Shown piece by piece: positions 1 through 11,226 of a DNA stretch of 64,000 nucleotides (the stretch's first letter is position 1; every line of letters starts with the position of its first letter). The notes under the pieces are model-generated. The model made no database searches. It saw only the letters and a list, made by a program, of their open reading frames with translations, and had not been told where the DNA came from. The stretch is from a virus (taxonomy: Duplodnaviria > Caudoviricetes), in the IMG/VR virus record IMGVR_UViG_3300028640_000004, positions 28,200-92,199 of that record; one strand, given 5' to 3'. Both the position numbers and the translations under genes were made by a program.

Positions 1-2
1 AG

Positions 3-3000
3 ATGCCGTTCTGGATGAGAGGTACTATAAACGACTTTATAGATAAAGCTGGGTTTTCTGCTATTCAAAAAGCATTTTTAAAGTCAGAGGAATTATATTC
101 TTACTTCGGTAAGTTATACGACGATATTAATTATGAACCCTTAAAAAGAAAAGAGTGGAGTATTAAAGATAATGAATATAAAACTCTTGACTGGAATCAA
201 TACCTAGATGAGAAAGGTGAAGTACAACTTAAAACCAGTGTAACTAAAGAAGAAGTTATTAAGAACAAGATTAAATCATTAATCGTATCGCCACATACAG
301 CTACTGATGCAGACTGGGATGCACTTAAGAAGTTTGATATATATCCAGCCGACTTAAAGGATGCGATTAATAAGTTATTCATTAGAATTGCTAGAGGGGA
401 TGATGTATCCAAGCTTATTATAGAGCGAAATGATATTCTGTCTGAGCTTGTAGGTATAATAGATCCTAATACCGTACACGAAAAAGCCTTAAGGAATGCT
501 GGGATGTTTTCTATTGAGAAGGAGAAGTTATTAAAGCATCTACCTAATGATTTAAAAGAGAAAGTAATTAATTGCTCTGAAGAATATCATAAACTTATAG
601 CTAATAGGGAGTTTGATGAAATTACAAAGAATTATGCAGTAGCAGAATTAATAAGTAGAGGTTATTCTACTGAGATAATTAATGAGGCTGAAAAAGTAAT
701 ACACCTTTATGATAAGTTTATTCATCAGATGCGTGAGAAGGCCTTATCTATTAAGGATGTTATTACTATTCATATATCTAATGCTATAGATATAAGACTC
801 GATGATACTGTAAAGGAACTTAACCTGGAGCTTATAGACGAGAAGGTTATTCCTAGACATCTACAAGTTGTAATAGACGATAAGGTTGTTATGGAATTTG
901 AACCCGGAACACAAAAGACTGAGATAATAGAATATCTTGGAAGACTTAACTTTAATCAAAAGAAAGGTACTGTTAATAGTGAAGAAATATTAGATGGTAA
1001 CGATACTGTTGATCTATTAAGAAAACTTTATAAGGAAAAAATAAACTCTAAGGGTTCTTCTGATATAGCAAGTTTATTCGAGGAGTTTAGGTTATTATCA
1101 GAGAACGAAAAGATTGTTGGAGATGAACTATTAGATAGGTTCATAGCTTATATAGAAACATACAGAAGTTTACTATCATCTGACATCAATAACTTTAGTG
1201 AGCTATTGGCTATTTCTAATAAGTTAATAGAGTCTCAAAAAACAAATGCTAAGAACGACTTTAGGAACAGGGTATTAAATAAGCTTAATAACACAACTAA
1301 AGGAGGGGCTGGTGTATTTGGTGATATTAAAAATATCGATGAGAATCTAGCTAAGGACCTATATAGAGTAACAGAGCTTGACGATATAGGATTAGAACAT
1401 CTAACAAACTCTCTTATTAAGAAGTTTAATAACAAGAAGTATCTTAAAGTTAAAGAACACAATAAGATACTTGTTCTTGATATAGAAACTACAGGACTTG
1501 ATGTAGGTAAAGATAGGATGTTAAGTATTGGCTGGAGCATCATAGATAAGGATGGAAACATTATAAAGGATTCAACTAAGTCATATCTTATAAAGCCTGA
1601 TGAAGATACTAGAGAGATCGTAACTTCAGGAGCAGCTGATGCTGCTTTAGCAAAAAATGGATTAAGTTTAGATAAGTTAGACGTTGAAGGCAATCCTGAT
1701 TTATCTACAGTTTTAAAAGAACTTAATAACGATATTAAAGATTGTGAAGCCGTTATGGGTCACAATTTAAAAGAGTTTGATCTTCAAGTACTTAGGAACG
1801 AATACTCAAAGGCAGAAATGAAGAATAACTTTGAGAATAAAGATGTCTTAGATACTTTACATATAATCAATCCAGCTAAAGCTAAAGGAAAGAAAAGTCT
1901 TGAAGAACTTTACCGTGCTTATATTAGAGATGACTATGTAGAGACACATGATTCTAAGCAAGATGTATTAGATCTTATTGATCTGTATAAGAGAGCTAAA
2001 GAAACTGGTGATCTATCTAAGTCTGTTACGTCTGAGGTATCTAATACTATTAGAAATAACGTTAGTAAACTTAGTCTAGTAGTAAGAAGCCTTGATATAG
2101 AAGGCGGTCTTCCTGTTGGAAACATTGGACACTATGCAGCTACTACTTCTAAGAAGAATATAGAAGAGATAAGAAAAGTTAAGGCTGATAATCTATTCAC
2201 ACAAGTACAAGAATTCTTATCTCAAGATATAGTTAGCGTTGTTAAAGAGCTTAACAGAAGTAGAAAGATGATGTCTGATATCTTTAATAAGCAAAAGCAT
2301 TATAAGAAGAGAGATAGTCTTAAGAACTTTCCTAATTCAGATGTATCGCTTAAGGACTTAATGTACGAGAAGACATCTATAATTAGGGAAAAGAAAGCTG
2401 AATTAGATGAGCTTAACGAAGGACTTAAGGTTGCTAAACCTAACGACAAAGAAGCTTTAGGACTTAAGATAAAACAACTTAAGGAAGAATTAAACAAACT
2501 ATTAGATGAAAGAGTTGAAAGCAAACTCTTTAAAGAATCTGATGGTATTGTTTCTGTTCCTATGAATTATGGAACTACTGCTGAAGAGGTAGCTAAACTT
2601 AAAGAGTTATACGATCAAGGAAATAGATTTATAGTATTAGTTCCATATGCATTTAGAAGATTTCAAGGAGTTAGAATACCTGCCATAGATGCACTTAATA
2701 CAATTGGGGCAGTAGAAGAGTTTAGTATGTCTAAGAAAGGCGGTAAGGCATATGACTTTTATGTAGCTGATATAAAGAACAACTTACTTATGCCAGGTGA
2801 CTATGCTGAACTAGATAAAGTATTAGCTAGTATGGCAGAAGCAGACATAAAGAAGTTAGATCTTCTAACTAAAGCATATGTATTGGCTAGGCCTAGTAAA
2901 AGAACAGCTCTTATAAAAATATATAGAGCATATTTTGAAGACTTAAAAGCATTAAGAGCTAGAGGCGTGCTTGATACTAGTGACAATAAACTTAAAGCAT

Positions 3001-6000
3001 ACAATAAGATTATTGGAAAATTAGAGAATGATGCAGAAGATTTCTTTGGTGTTAATGCTGACGAGATAGTTGGAGAGCATAGGTTATTACAGAACCTAGA
3101 AGATGCAGACGAAATGATTATGCGTATTACAGATAAGGATAATATAAATAAGGATTCATATGCTTTAGATTTAAAGAAACTAGCTATGCTTCAGGATATA
3201 GAAGAAGTCTTTAATATAAATGAACTATATAGTCTTAGCGATATCTTAGAAGTTAAAAATAAAACAGATGTTCATAGCGCATTAACATTACTGAATGAGG
3301 TAGTTACTTCAAACGATGAGGCAAAACTAGAAATGTTACATAACAATCTTCTTGAGTTCCTTAAGCCTGAAAGTATGGAGGTTGATCAAGTAAAGGATAT
3401 TAGCTTTAAGGTATGGTACAATAGACACGGTAAAAAACTATTTAAGGATGAAGTAACCTTTGAAGATCTAAATAAGGAAAAGAACTTAAAGAAATTAGAT
3501 AAAGCTAGAGATAATTATGCTAAGTTCAGAGACCTTAATATTCCTAAACCTAAAGAAGTATGGTTTGAGTTTATGAAGGAAAACAATAAAGCCTTCAATA
3601 ACCAGTTTGGAAGCAAGAGCATTAAAGATCCTGAAGTAAATGAAGCTTATCTTGATTACATAAAAGGTGACCCTAGTGGGGTAGGTAAGGCTTATGAGAA
3701 AAGTTCTGAACTTACGGTTGGAGCTGAAGAAGTAGGCCCTCAATACAATGAAGATGGAATTGAAAAAGGACGTGGTCAATTAGAAGAAGCTTATCTTATT
3801 AAAAGAATTAAGGAGATTTTAGATACCACCAAGGAAACAACTAGCTTAGATGTATTGGGAGATATAGGAATTAAGATAGGACATAAGACATCTAAAAGAA
3901 TTAGTAAAGATGGCTTTCTTGGTAGGGAGCACAAGGTTGATCTTGCTGCTGTCTATGACAATAGAGTAAATTCAATAAGTGAATTATCTTTAGTTGCAAA
4001 GAAACCTCTTGAAGATATTCAATTCAAGTCTACTTTAGAAGGTGGTCAGATTTATAATTCTGTATATGGAAAAGATAAGACGGATAATGTTATTTACATA
4101 GTTCCTACTATAAAAGATAAGATTACTGAGGTCGGAGAATTAAAACCAAGACAAGACTTTAAAGAAGGTGACCTTGTTATAGTTAATGAGACTAGAGAGA
4201 AATTAATACCAGAGAAAGTTGATTGGGAGGATTATGAGTTTGATAATGAAGAAATAAAACTAGAGGTTATTAGAACTGGAAGAATGTCTTATACTGAACT
4301 TAATGATGTTTATTATAAGATTCCATATACAGATGCTATTAAGCTTAATACTATAGATAAACTCAAAGAAAGGTTAAGTAATATATATAACAAAATATCT
4401 TCTGGAAAAAAGCCATTACCATTAGATTTTAAGTTTATAAAAACAGGAACAAAGGCAGAAATGGATTATGTTAATAGCGTTATTACAGACATTAAGAAGT
4501 TGTATTATTCTGATATATACGTAAAAGGAAAATCTGACAAAGAAATACAAGAAGGACTTTCTAATATTTCTAAGAACGTTAATCAAAAGATTAATGACTG
4601 GTCTTATATGAAGAAAGATATTCTTAAAAAGAATAAGAAGAATCTTCTTAAATTAACTGATCCTAACATTGAAAAGAAAAAGGAAGTTATTGATAACGAA
4701 ATAAATGAATCATTATCAAAAGAAAGAAATAAGGATGATTTATATAATCTATACAAAGTAGATAAACAAGGAAACTTAGAACATCTTAACAAGGCTACAA
4801 TTAAAGACATTAATTCATTAGTAAAAGAAAATATTGATGAAACAAAGTCTTATCAGGTTATAGACAGTCTCTATGACGAGAGAAGTAAGCCTGAAAATAT
4901 CTTTGGTGATGCTCCTGTAATAGAAACTATTAAGCCTCCTAAGTGGGATTATAAGAGTGATATTATTACAGATGAGTTGCCTATTACTAATGAGTTATCT
5001 TTCCTTAAGATTACTGATAAAGGAAACGAATTAATTACTATACAAGGAAGAGATAAGATCTTCTTTAAGAATACCGTGGAATCTGATAGAGCTGCTGGTA
5101 ATAACAGAGGTTTTGGAAAACCTAAGATAGAGAATACTTCGTATAGATTTGAAACTGTTAAAAGTCCTGATGGTTCAAAAGAAGTACATGTTGAGAAGTA
5201 TATAATTATAGATGTTATATCTGAGACACGAGAAAAGGAATTGATTGCAAGTATTAATAAACTTAAAAAAAGGCCGAAGAGTAATAAGAAAGAGATAAGT
5301 AGATTAGAGCGTGATCTTAAAGCTGAATTAGAATGGCGGGATGCGATCAGAGAAAAGGTTGATGGGTTAACTATACCTACGTATGAAGTTGATTCATTAT
5401 CAGATGTAAGCATAAACGACATTGATACTATTAAGGGAATAAGAGGACACTTCTTCAATAGAGAAAAAGGAGTTACCTTTAGTAATAACAAGAAGTTTAA
5501 TTCATCATTCTTTAATCGCAACATTTTAACTGAGGTTGAATCACAGACAATAAGGGGAATAAATAAGACATATAAAGTAATTCAAGATACTCTTAGGGCT
5601 AAGAGAACTCCTGGTTATGCCGGTATATTCCCTAAGGCTGATCCTGCTTTTACAGATGTGCTTGGTATGGAAGATAGTATTAAGAAACTTACTAGTTCCA
5701 TCTTAAAGTATGAACAGAAAGTTAATCTAGAAGATGTGCTAGTTGGTTTGATGTTTGAAGAAAAGAACTTTGTTAAACCTTGGAAAGATAAAGAGGTATT
5801 GGTACTGGTTAACAAAGAACAAAGAGGAATTACAAAAGAGTTTAGAGATGCAGTTGATGAACTTGAAGGTACCGATACAGTGTTTATATTTCCTACAGGA
5901 GAGCTATCTAATATAGAGATAGCAATGCAGGAGTATATTGTAAACAAAGGACTTAAAGTAGAGAGGCGAGCTATAGAAGATAGACCAATTATAAAACCGA

Positions 6001-9000
6001 AAGAAGAACCTATTGAAGGAACTCCAGATGTAATAAAGCAACAAGATGAAGTACTTGCCAGGGCTAGTTATGTTCTATATATGGGTAATCCTTATAAGGA
6101 TTTACAGTCTATATCAGAAGTATCTAAAGTACTTAAAGATGCAAGAGAAGCTGGTACTATAGTCTACTCTACCAATAAAGCAAAGAAAGAACAGCTTAAA
6201 GCTATCAAGGCTTTCTTTGGAGATCCAGAGACAACTAGAGCAGCCTATAAGATGCCAAGCCTTCCATTAAGATTAGAGCTTAAGGAAGGAATGAGATCTG
6301 TAGAAGAGGCTACTAGAAAGATTATTCTTGCTTCGATGAGAAGAGAATTTAGGGAGGAGTGGTATAAATGGAAGCAAGCTGCAATAGATCAATATAGAGA
6401 AGAGTTGGTAAACAGGTTTAGACAGACCGGAGCTTTCTCTGATAATAAAAGGAATCTTGCTATAGCCGAACAGATAGTAGAACTCAAAGTCAAAGAGCTT
6501 GAGAAACAACTTAAGGGTATTGAAGATAATATACTTAAATGGAAAGGGTCTCAACCTATAACAGATAAGATACTTATCAAGACAAAGAAAAATATCTTAC
6601 AAAATTTATATAAGGATATAGCTAGAGAGAAGAAAGATATATCTGCATTTAATGGTTATCTTAAGACTGGTGTACTTCCATCGAAGAAATATGGACTTGT
6701 AAGAGATTCTATTCTATTAATGAGAAAGGCATTGGGTATACCAGGACATCTACAGAAAGCATTTATTACTTTCGTCTTAGTATTAAGACCGGCTTGGTAT
6801 ATAAACAATGCTAACGAAGATCACTTCAAACAGTTCATTATAGAAAAAGATCTTAAATCATTAGCTAAATCTTACTCATTGACAGTTAAGCTATATGCTA
6901 AGTTCGGTAAGTTAATAACTAAGAACGCCTTAAAGGATACTGCAAATCTTAAGAAAATATTAGCAGATGATCTTAAGAAACAGTATAAGCTAGGCTTAAT
7001 AAGCAAGGAACAATTCAAGCTTATGACAAAGCAACTTGAAGGTGATTCCTTTGATGCATTACAAATATTAAGAGCAGAGACGGGGAAAGAAGCTAAAGAT
7101 GTTGCTGACTTAATAGATAAGCAGAAAGATTTTATAGTCATTAATGGTGTTACAATTACTAGGAGTGATATAGAATATATGCTTAACTCTGGTGTTATGG
7201 AAACATTTACCAGTGCATCTGAAGCTAAGTTAAAAAAGAACATTGCTTCTGATCAAAGAAGTGGATTTGGAAATGTGATAGCTAAAGCTAGTGAGTATCA
7301 GGATAATCTTAAGTTCTTTGCTAGTGAAACAGAAAGAATGAGAAGAGGAGTCGTATTACTTAGGATATTACAGAAACAAACACAAGATATGGTTGCTGGC
7401 GCAGTCTTTGATCCTACTACAGGAAGATCTATTATTAAAGATTTCTTCTTTGATTATAGAGATCTTAATAGGGCAGGAATGTTATTCAGAAAGATATTTC
7501 CATTCTTTAGTTATAGTTACTTCTCAGTAGTATTGTACCTTAAACTGCTTTATAAATATGAGGGGATCAGAGCCTTTAATGCTGGTGTTGCTTTACTTGA
7601 GGTATGGGAAGCTAATACACAAGAACTCTCAGATGAATATAAGGATAGATGGGCTATGCAGTTAGGTGGTAAAACTTACTTAGTTAAGATTCCTTTATCT
7701 GCTTTCGAAGTAGTTAAGTTATTCCAAGATCCAGTAGGAGCTATAGAGAAGTCTGTTGAGAATCCATTTAAGAGTCTGATGGGATTATCATTCGGTCCAT
7801 TCGTTGGAACTGCCGTTGAAGAGATAACAGGTAAAGATTACTTTACTCCGAGTAGGATACAATTAAGAAAACTTGGATGGTCTCATGATGAGATAGAGGA
7901 AGAGATTAAGAAATATAATAAAGAGAAGAAGGATGAATCTTTAATTGATAAGAGTTGGAACTTAATGAGTTCTATAGTTCCACAAGCTTCGTTAATTAAT
8001 GACCTGTTCTTTAGAGCTGATGTAGGATATGAGCAAACAGGCAATCCTTTAAAGAGTAAGAAGTTTAGAGAACTTACTAAGTTCTTCGGTATAAATATCA
8101 TGACACTTACAGACGTAGATAAGCTTAGGAATAAGATATATTCTATGCCACCTTCTGTAAGGAACTTCTACTTAGATAAAATAAAGAAAGAAGATCCTGA
8201 ATTATATGATGAGTTCAATAGGCAATCTAGAATTGGATTCGAATTAAATCTTTATAATGAAGGTAAATCACCTAATGAGATTAGAGCGGCTGTTATGAAG
8301 AGAGATGTACAGACTAAGTACTATGAAAAAGAAGCAGAGAAGAATGGCTCTGGTGATGAATGGTTAAGAACTAACAGTCAAGCTAGGGATATAATGGAAG
8401 AGGTTTGGAAAAGTTCACCTACTAATACTCGTAAGGAGTTCAAAGAAAAAGAACGACAGGCTAAGGAAACTCAGAGAATGATTACTGAGATTATCGAAGA
8501 GACCTTACCCAGTAATATAACTGAAAAGAATCTAAGGAAGTATCAGGCATTAGGCGCTGAGTATACTGAACCTATTAATAAGGAAGAGTTGATTAGAGAT
8601 GTTACTAATAAAGGATTAGATGTCGATCAGATAAATAATTTAATAACTTATAAGTGGAAAGATAAAGGAGTTTCTCTTATTAGGAAAGACTTATTAGAAC
8701 ATAAGAAGCAAGAACTTGAACAATACAGAAGCTTAAGTCTTAGTGAAAAGGAAGCATTGAGCTCTGAAGACAAGTCTTACTATACTACTAAAGCTGTCAT
8801 AGATAAGTATTTACCTAAGGAAGGTGACTCAGAAGAAGAGCAAAAGAAAGCATTTGAGAAATACAGAGAGGCTTTTAATAAATACTTTACTCCTGAACAG
8901 AAAGAAAGATATCTAGCATCATTACCAGAAGCCCAGAGGATTCTTAGAGAAGCTAATGAAGCTTATATAAATGCATGGGGTGAACTTCTGAGTGGAGAAG

Positions 9001-11204
9001 GTAATGGAGCTGATTACTATGATGTATTCAATGCAATGCCACAATGGTTTAAAGCATTCTATTTTTCAGCACATCCAGATGCTGCAATATATTATCCTTT
9101 AGCTTCAGAAAGACAGAAGAGATTCAATGAGATATACGAGAAGGAGTCTCAGGGGTTTAATATGTCTAAGGAAAGAAAGGCTTTGAATGATTGGTTCTGG
9201 TCTAATTCAGCTCAAGTAAAAGCATGGGAAAGGGATAAGCCTGATAAGATCAAATACTTAAGAATGCAAGAGAAGTTTATGGATTCTGTTGATCCTGATA
9301 AATATTATTCTTCTCTACTTAAGACTGATCCATGGTACTTGAATGAATACTTTAAGAAGAATCCTGATGCTAAAAAGTTTGCATACATCCTAGCTACATT
9401 AGAAGAATATATGGAAGATAGTGATGATGAGAAGTACTCTAAGCTATTAGAAGAGTTTGCTAATAGTGAAGCTGGTAAGTTATACGCAGAGAATCATCCT
9501 ATTGCCGGAGGACATAATAAGCTTGAGTATAGATTGATGTGGAATAACCTGATTAAGAACTCTCAACCAGGAGAGTACTATCAAGGATTCTATAATCAAC
9601 CAGATTGGTTCAAGAGATATTGGTTCAATGGTAACCCAGAGGCTGAAAAGTATTATGGATTCAGGGCTGAACTAGCGAAGAAAGAAGGCGCTGCTTATGA
9701 TGAATACTTATGGGCTGATTATAATAAAGAAGCAAGAGAAGCTTGGTTCAATCATAAACCTGAAGATAGAGACTATTATACTAACTTTAAAAAAACTCTA
9801 AGTACATTCAGGAACACTAACAACATGTTCGGGTATTATGATTTCATACTCAATCCTAAGAATTCTAAGTATCTAGTTAGATGGTCTAATAATGACCCTA
9901 AGAAAATTAAAGCGGCTCAATATTCCAAACAGTACTATGCACTACCTGCTAAGACATGGGAAGATCAAAAGGCTAGAATAGCTTGGATAGATAATAATAA
10001 ATTCTTAAGGGAATGGTGGGATAAAGATAAGACTCCAGAAGAAATAGAGTTATCTAAGAAGGCAGATATCTATAGAAGAATGAAGTATGATATTGAATCA
10101 ATAGGATCTGGTTCTGATTACTATATGAAGTGGAGAGAATTATCTGCTAAGAGAGAGCAATATCTTAAGAACAATCCAGACCTTAATGAATACCTCAATA
10201 AGTCGTATGAAGATAATAACTTAGAGCCGACTAATATCCAGAAGAAGTTAGCTATCTATAATAAGATTAAGGATGATGATAAGAAGCGGGAATATCTTAA
10301 GGAGAACAAGGATCTATCGGATTACTTCTTAGATGGAGTTCCTGAGGGTATTAGACAGATAAGAAAATTACAAGAGAAGTACTTTGCTATAACACAGGAT
10401 AAGTATTCTAATGCAGATGATTACTACGTAGCAAGAAATAGATTCCTTAGTAAGCATAGAGAATTACAGGAGTATTGGGATGCTATGTCACTACCCCCTT
10501 CCGCATTCATACATAAGGAGAAGTTTGATGAATGGCAGAAGAAGCTTAATAAAGTACTGAGGTATTATGACGGTGTTACTTCTGATAGTCTTAATGATTC
10601 TATGAGGTTATCTATCCAGAGAATCAATTCGTACATGGGGGTAGAGAATTCTCCAGAGGCTGAGTGGTTCTGTAACAAAGTGTACAATGCAGCTATGAGT
10701 AAGTGGATAGATTTAATGGGATCTAATAAGTCTATAGGCATGTTCTTCTTTAGACAATTGCCTTCATGGATTAGAGCAAGATACTTTGAAAAGAATCCTA
10801 ACTCTAAGATGTTAAAAGGATACTCATTAGGAGATTGGTTTGCTACTGGTATTTCTAAATACAACAGTAGTAATCCAGGAGTTAAGTGGGCCTTAGAACA
10901 ACAGAAGAAATATGGAGCTGGAGGTATTCCATTCTCTATAAAGAAACAAGTAGAGAGGTATCTTAAGGGAGCTGGTATATGGGAAGACAGGAGCGGGTGG
11001 GATTCTGCTAAGTGGAATAAATGGCAGATTTCTAGAGCCGCATATCTTAATGGATTAAAGGAAAAGGATATAGAGAATAATCCATTGATAAGAAAGGAGT
11101 TATATAGGGCGATCACAGGAACGATAAGGCCTATTAACCCTAAGGTGTATAATAAGAAAGTAAGGTGGGAGCAAGTAGTAGACGTGTCTTTGACACGTCT
11201 ATGA
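3..11204 (+). CDS. Giant polyvalent virion/ejection-type protein (probably 5'-truncated) with DEDDh exonuclease and SLOG-like domains and C-terminal helical repeats
   Basis: 3733-aa ORF running from the window edge. Motifs VLDIETTG / GHNLKEFD / HDSKQD (~1464-1995); SLOG-like pattern ~5790-6175; repeated F..P.W...YF..NP motifs near the C-terminus; lies upstream of tail genes. Confidence 0.7.
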   Translation: MPFWMRGTINDFIDKAGFSAIQKAFLKSEELYSYFGKLYDDINYEPLKRKEWSIKDNEYKTLDWNQYLDEKGEVQLKTSVTKEEVIKNKIKSLIVSPHTATDADWDALKKFDIYPADLKDAINKLFIRIARGDDVSKLIIERNDILSELVGIIDPNTVHEKALRNAGMFSIEKEKLLKHLPNDLKEKVINCSEEYHKLIANREFDEITKNYAVAELISRGYSTEIINEAEKVIHLYDKFIHQMREKALSIKDVITIHISNAIDIRLDDTVKELNLELIDEKVIPRHLQVVIDDKVVMEFEPGTQKTEIIEYLGRLNFNQKKGTVNSEEILDGNDTVDLLRKLYKEKINSKGSSDIASLFEEFRLLSENEKIVGDELLDRFIAYIETYRSLLSSDINNFSELLAISNKLIESQKTNAKNDFRNRVLNKLNNTTKGGAGVFGDIKNIDENLAKDLYRVTELDDIGLEHLTNSLIKKFNNKKYLKVKEHNKILVLDIETTGLDVGKDRMLSIGWSIIDKDGNIIKDSTKSYLIKPDEDTREIVTSGAADAALAKNGLSLDKLDVEGNPDLSTVLKELNNDIKDCEAVMGHNLKEFDLQVLRNEYSKAEMKNNFENKDVLDTLHIINPAKAKGKKSLEELYRAYIRDDYVETHDSKQDVLDLIDLYKRAKETGDLSKSVTSEVSNTIRNNVSKLSLVVRSLDIEGGLPVGNIGHYAATTSKKNIEEIRKVKADNLFTQVQEFLSQDIVSVVKELNRSRKMMSDIFNKQKHYKKRDSLKNFPNSDVSLKDLMYEKTSIIREKKAELDELNEGLKVAKPNDKEALGLKIKQLKEELNKLLDERVESKLFKESDGIVSVPMNYGTTAEEVAKLKELYDQGNRFIVLVPYAFRRFQGVRIPAIDALNTIGAVEEFSMSKKGGKAYDFYVADIKNNLLMPGDYAELDKVLASMAEADIKKLDLLTKAYVLARPSKRTALIKIYRAYFEDLKALRARGVLDTSDNKLKAYNKIIGKLENDAEDFFGVNADEIVGEHRLLQNLEDADEMIMRITDKDNINKDSYALDLKKLAMLQDIEEVFNINELYSLSDILEVKNKTDVHSALTLLNEVVTSNDEAKLEMLHNNLLEFLKPESMEVDQVKDISFKVWYNRHGKKLFKDEVTFEDLNKEKNLKKLDKARDNYAKFRDLNIPKPKEVWFEFMKENNKAFNNQFGSKSIKDPEVNEAYLDYIKGDPSGVGKAYEKSSELTVGAEEVGPQYNEDGIEKGRGQLEEAYLIKRIKEILDTTKETTSLDVLGDIGIKIGHKTSKRISKDGFLGREHKVDLAAVYDNRVNSISELSLVAKKPLEDIQFKSTLEGGQIYNSVYGKDKTDNVIYIVPTIKDKITEVGELKPRQDFKEGDLVIVNETREKLIPEKVDWEDYEFDNEEIKLEVIRTGRMSYTELNDVYYKIPYTDAIKLNTIDKLKERLSNIYNKISSGKKPLPLDFKFIKTGTKAEMDYVNSVITDIKKLYYSDIYVKGKSDKEIQEGLSNISKNVNQKINDWSYMKKDILKKNKKNLLKLTDPNIEKKKEVIDNEINESLSKERNKDDLYNLYKVDKQGNLEHLNKATIKDINSLVKENIDETKSYQVIDSLYDERSKPENIFGDAPVIETIKPPKWDYKSDIITDELPITNELSFLKITDKGNELITIQGRDKIFFKNTVESDRAAGNNRGFGKPKIENTSYRFETVKSPDGSKEVHVEKYIIIDVISETREKELIASINKLKKRPKSNKKEISRLERDLKAELEWRDAIREKVDGLTIPTYEVDSLSDVSINDIDTIKGIRGHFFNREKGVTFSNNKKFNSSFFNRNILTEVESQTIRGINKTYKVIQDTLRAKRTPGYAGIFPKADPAFTDVLGMEDSIKKLTSSILKYEQKVNLEDVLVGLMFEEKNFVKPWKDKEVLVLVNKEQRGITKEFRDAVDELEGTDTVFIFPTGELSNIEIAMQEYIVNKGLKVERRAIEDRPIIKPKEEPIEGTPDVIKQQDEVLARASYVLYMGNPYKDLQSISEVSKVLKDAREAGTIVYSTNKAKKEQLKAIKAFFGDPETTRAAYKMPSLPLRLELKEGMRSVEEATRKIILASMRREFREEWYKWKQAAIDQYREELVNRFRQTGAFSDNKRNLAIAEQIVELKVKELEKQLKGIEDNILKWKGSQPITDKILIKTKKNILQNLYKDIAREKKDISAFNGYLKTGVLPSKKYGLVRDSILLMRKALGIPGHLQKAFITFVLVLRPAWYINNANEDHFKQFIIEKDLKSLAKSYSLTVKLYAKFGKLITKNALKDTANLKKILADDLKKQYKLGLISKEQFKLMTKQLEGDSFDALQILRAETGKEAKDVADLIDKQKDFIVINGVTITRSDIEYMLNSGVMETFTSASEAKLKKNIASDQRSGFGNVIAKASEYQDNLKFFASETERMRRGVVLLRILQKQTQDMVAGAVFDPTTGRSIIKDFFFDYRDLNRAGMLFRKIFPFFSYSYFSVVLYLKLLYKYEGIRAFNAGVALLEVWEANTQELSDEYKDRWAMQLGGKTYLVKIPLSAFEVVKLFQDPVGAIEKSVENPFKSLMGLSFGPFVGTAVEEITGKDYFTPSRIQLRKLGWSHDEIEEEIKKYNKEKKDESLIDKSWNLMSSIVPQASLINDLFFRADVGYEQTGNPLKSKKFRELTKFFGINIMTLTDVDKLRNKIYSMPPSVRNFYLDKIKKEDPELYDEFNRQSRIGFELNLYNEGKSPNEIRAAVMKRDVQTKYYEKEAEKNGSGDEWLRTNSQARDIMEEVWKSSPTNTRKEFKEKERQAKETQRMITEIIEETLPSNITEKNLRKYQALGAEYTEPINKEELIRDVTNKGLDVDQINNLITYKWKDKGVSLIRKDLLEHKKQELEQYRSLSLSEKEALSSEDKSYYTTKAVIDKYLPKEGDSEEEQKKAFEKYREAFNKYFTPEQKERYLASLPEAQRILREANEAYINAWGELLSGEGNGADYYDVFNAMPQWFKAFYFSAHPDAAIYYPLASERQKRFNEIYEKESQGFNMSKERKALNDWFWSNSAQVKAWERDKPDKIKYLRMQEKFMDSVDPDKYYSSLLKTDPWYLNEYFKKNPDAKKFAYILATLEEYMEDSDDEKYSKLLEEFANSEAGKLYAENHPIAGGHNKLEYRLMWNNLIKNSQPGEYYQGFYNQPDWFKRYWFNGNPEAEKYYGFRAELAKKEGAAYDEYLWADYNKEAREAWFNHKPEDRDYYTNFKKTLSTFRNTNNMFGYYDFILNPKNSKYLVRWSNNDPKKIKAAQYSKQYYALPAKTWEDQKARIAWIDNNKFLREWWDKDKTPEEIELSKKADIYRRMKYDIESIGSGSDYYMKWRELSAKREQYLKNNPDLNEYLNKSYEDNNLEPTNIQKKLAIYNKIKDDDKKREYLKENKDLSDYFLDGVPEGIRQIRKLQEKYFAITQDKYSNADDYYVARNRFLSKHRELQEYWDAMSLPPSAFIHKEKFDEWQKKLNKVLRYYDGVTSDSLNDSMRLSIQRINSYMGVENSPEAEWFCNKVYNAAMSKWIDLMGSNKSIGMFFFRQLPSWIRARYFEKNPNSKMLKGYSLGDWFATGISKYNSSNPGVKWALEQQKKYGAGGIPFSIKKQVERYLKGAGIWEDRSGWDSAKWNKWQISRAAYLNGLKEKDIENNPLIRKELYRAITGTIRPINPKVYNKKVRWEQVVDVSLTRL

Positions 11205-11218
11205 TACCCCGCTATAAT
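11190..11218 (+). promoter_or_regulatory. Consensus sigma70 promoter overlapped by a 10-bp inverted repeat
   Basis: TTGACA-17-TATAAT; TAGACGTGTC-TTT-GACACGTCTA at 11179-11201. Confidence 0.85.
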
Positions 11219-11226
11219 AAAAACAA

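Noticed and set aside
197-11116. Numerous minus-strand ORFs in the track, here and throughout the window
   Set aside because: Antisense shadows of long + strand genes with Ser/Leu/Phe-rich, motif-less translations
3-11204. Virion RNA polymerase as in N4 or crAss-like phages
   Set aside because: No recognisable DxDGD-type or T7-like polymerase motifs in the visible part; the missing N-terminus cannot be judged
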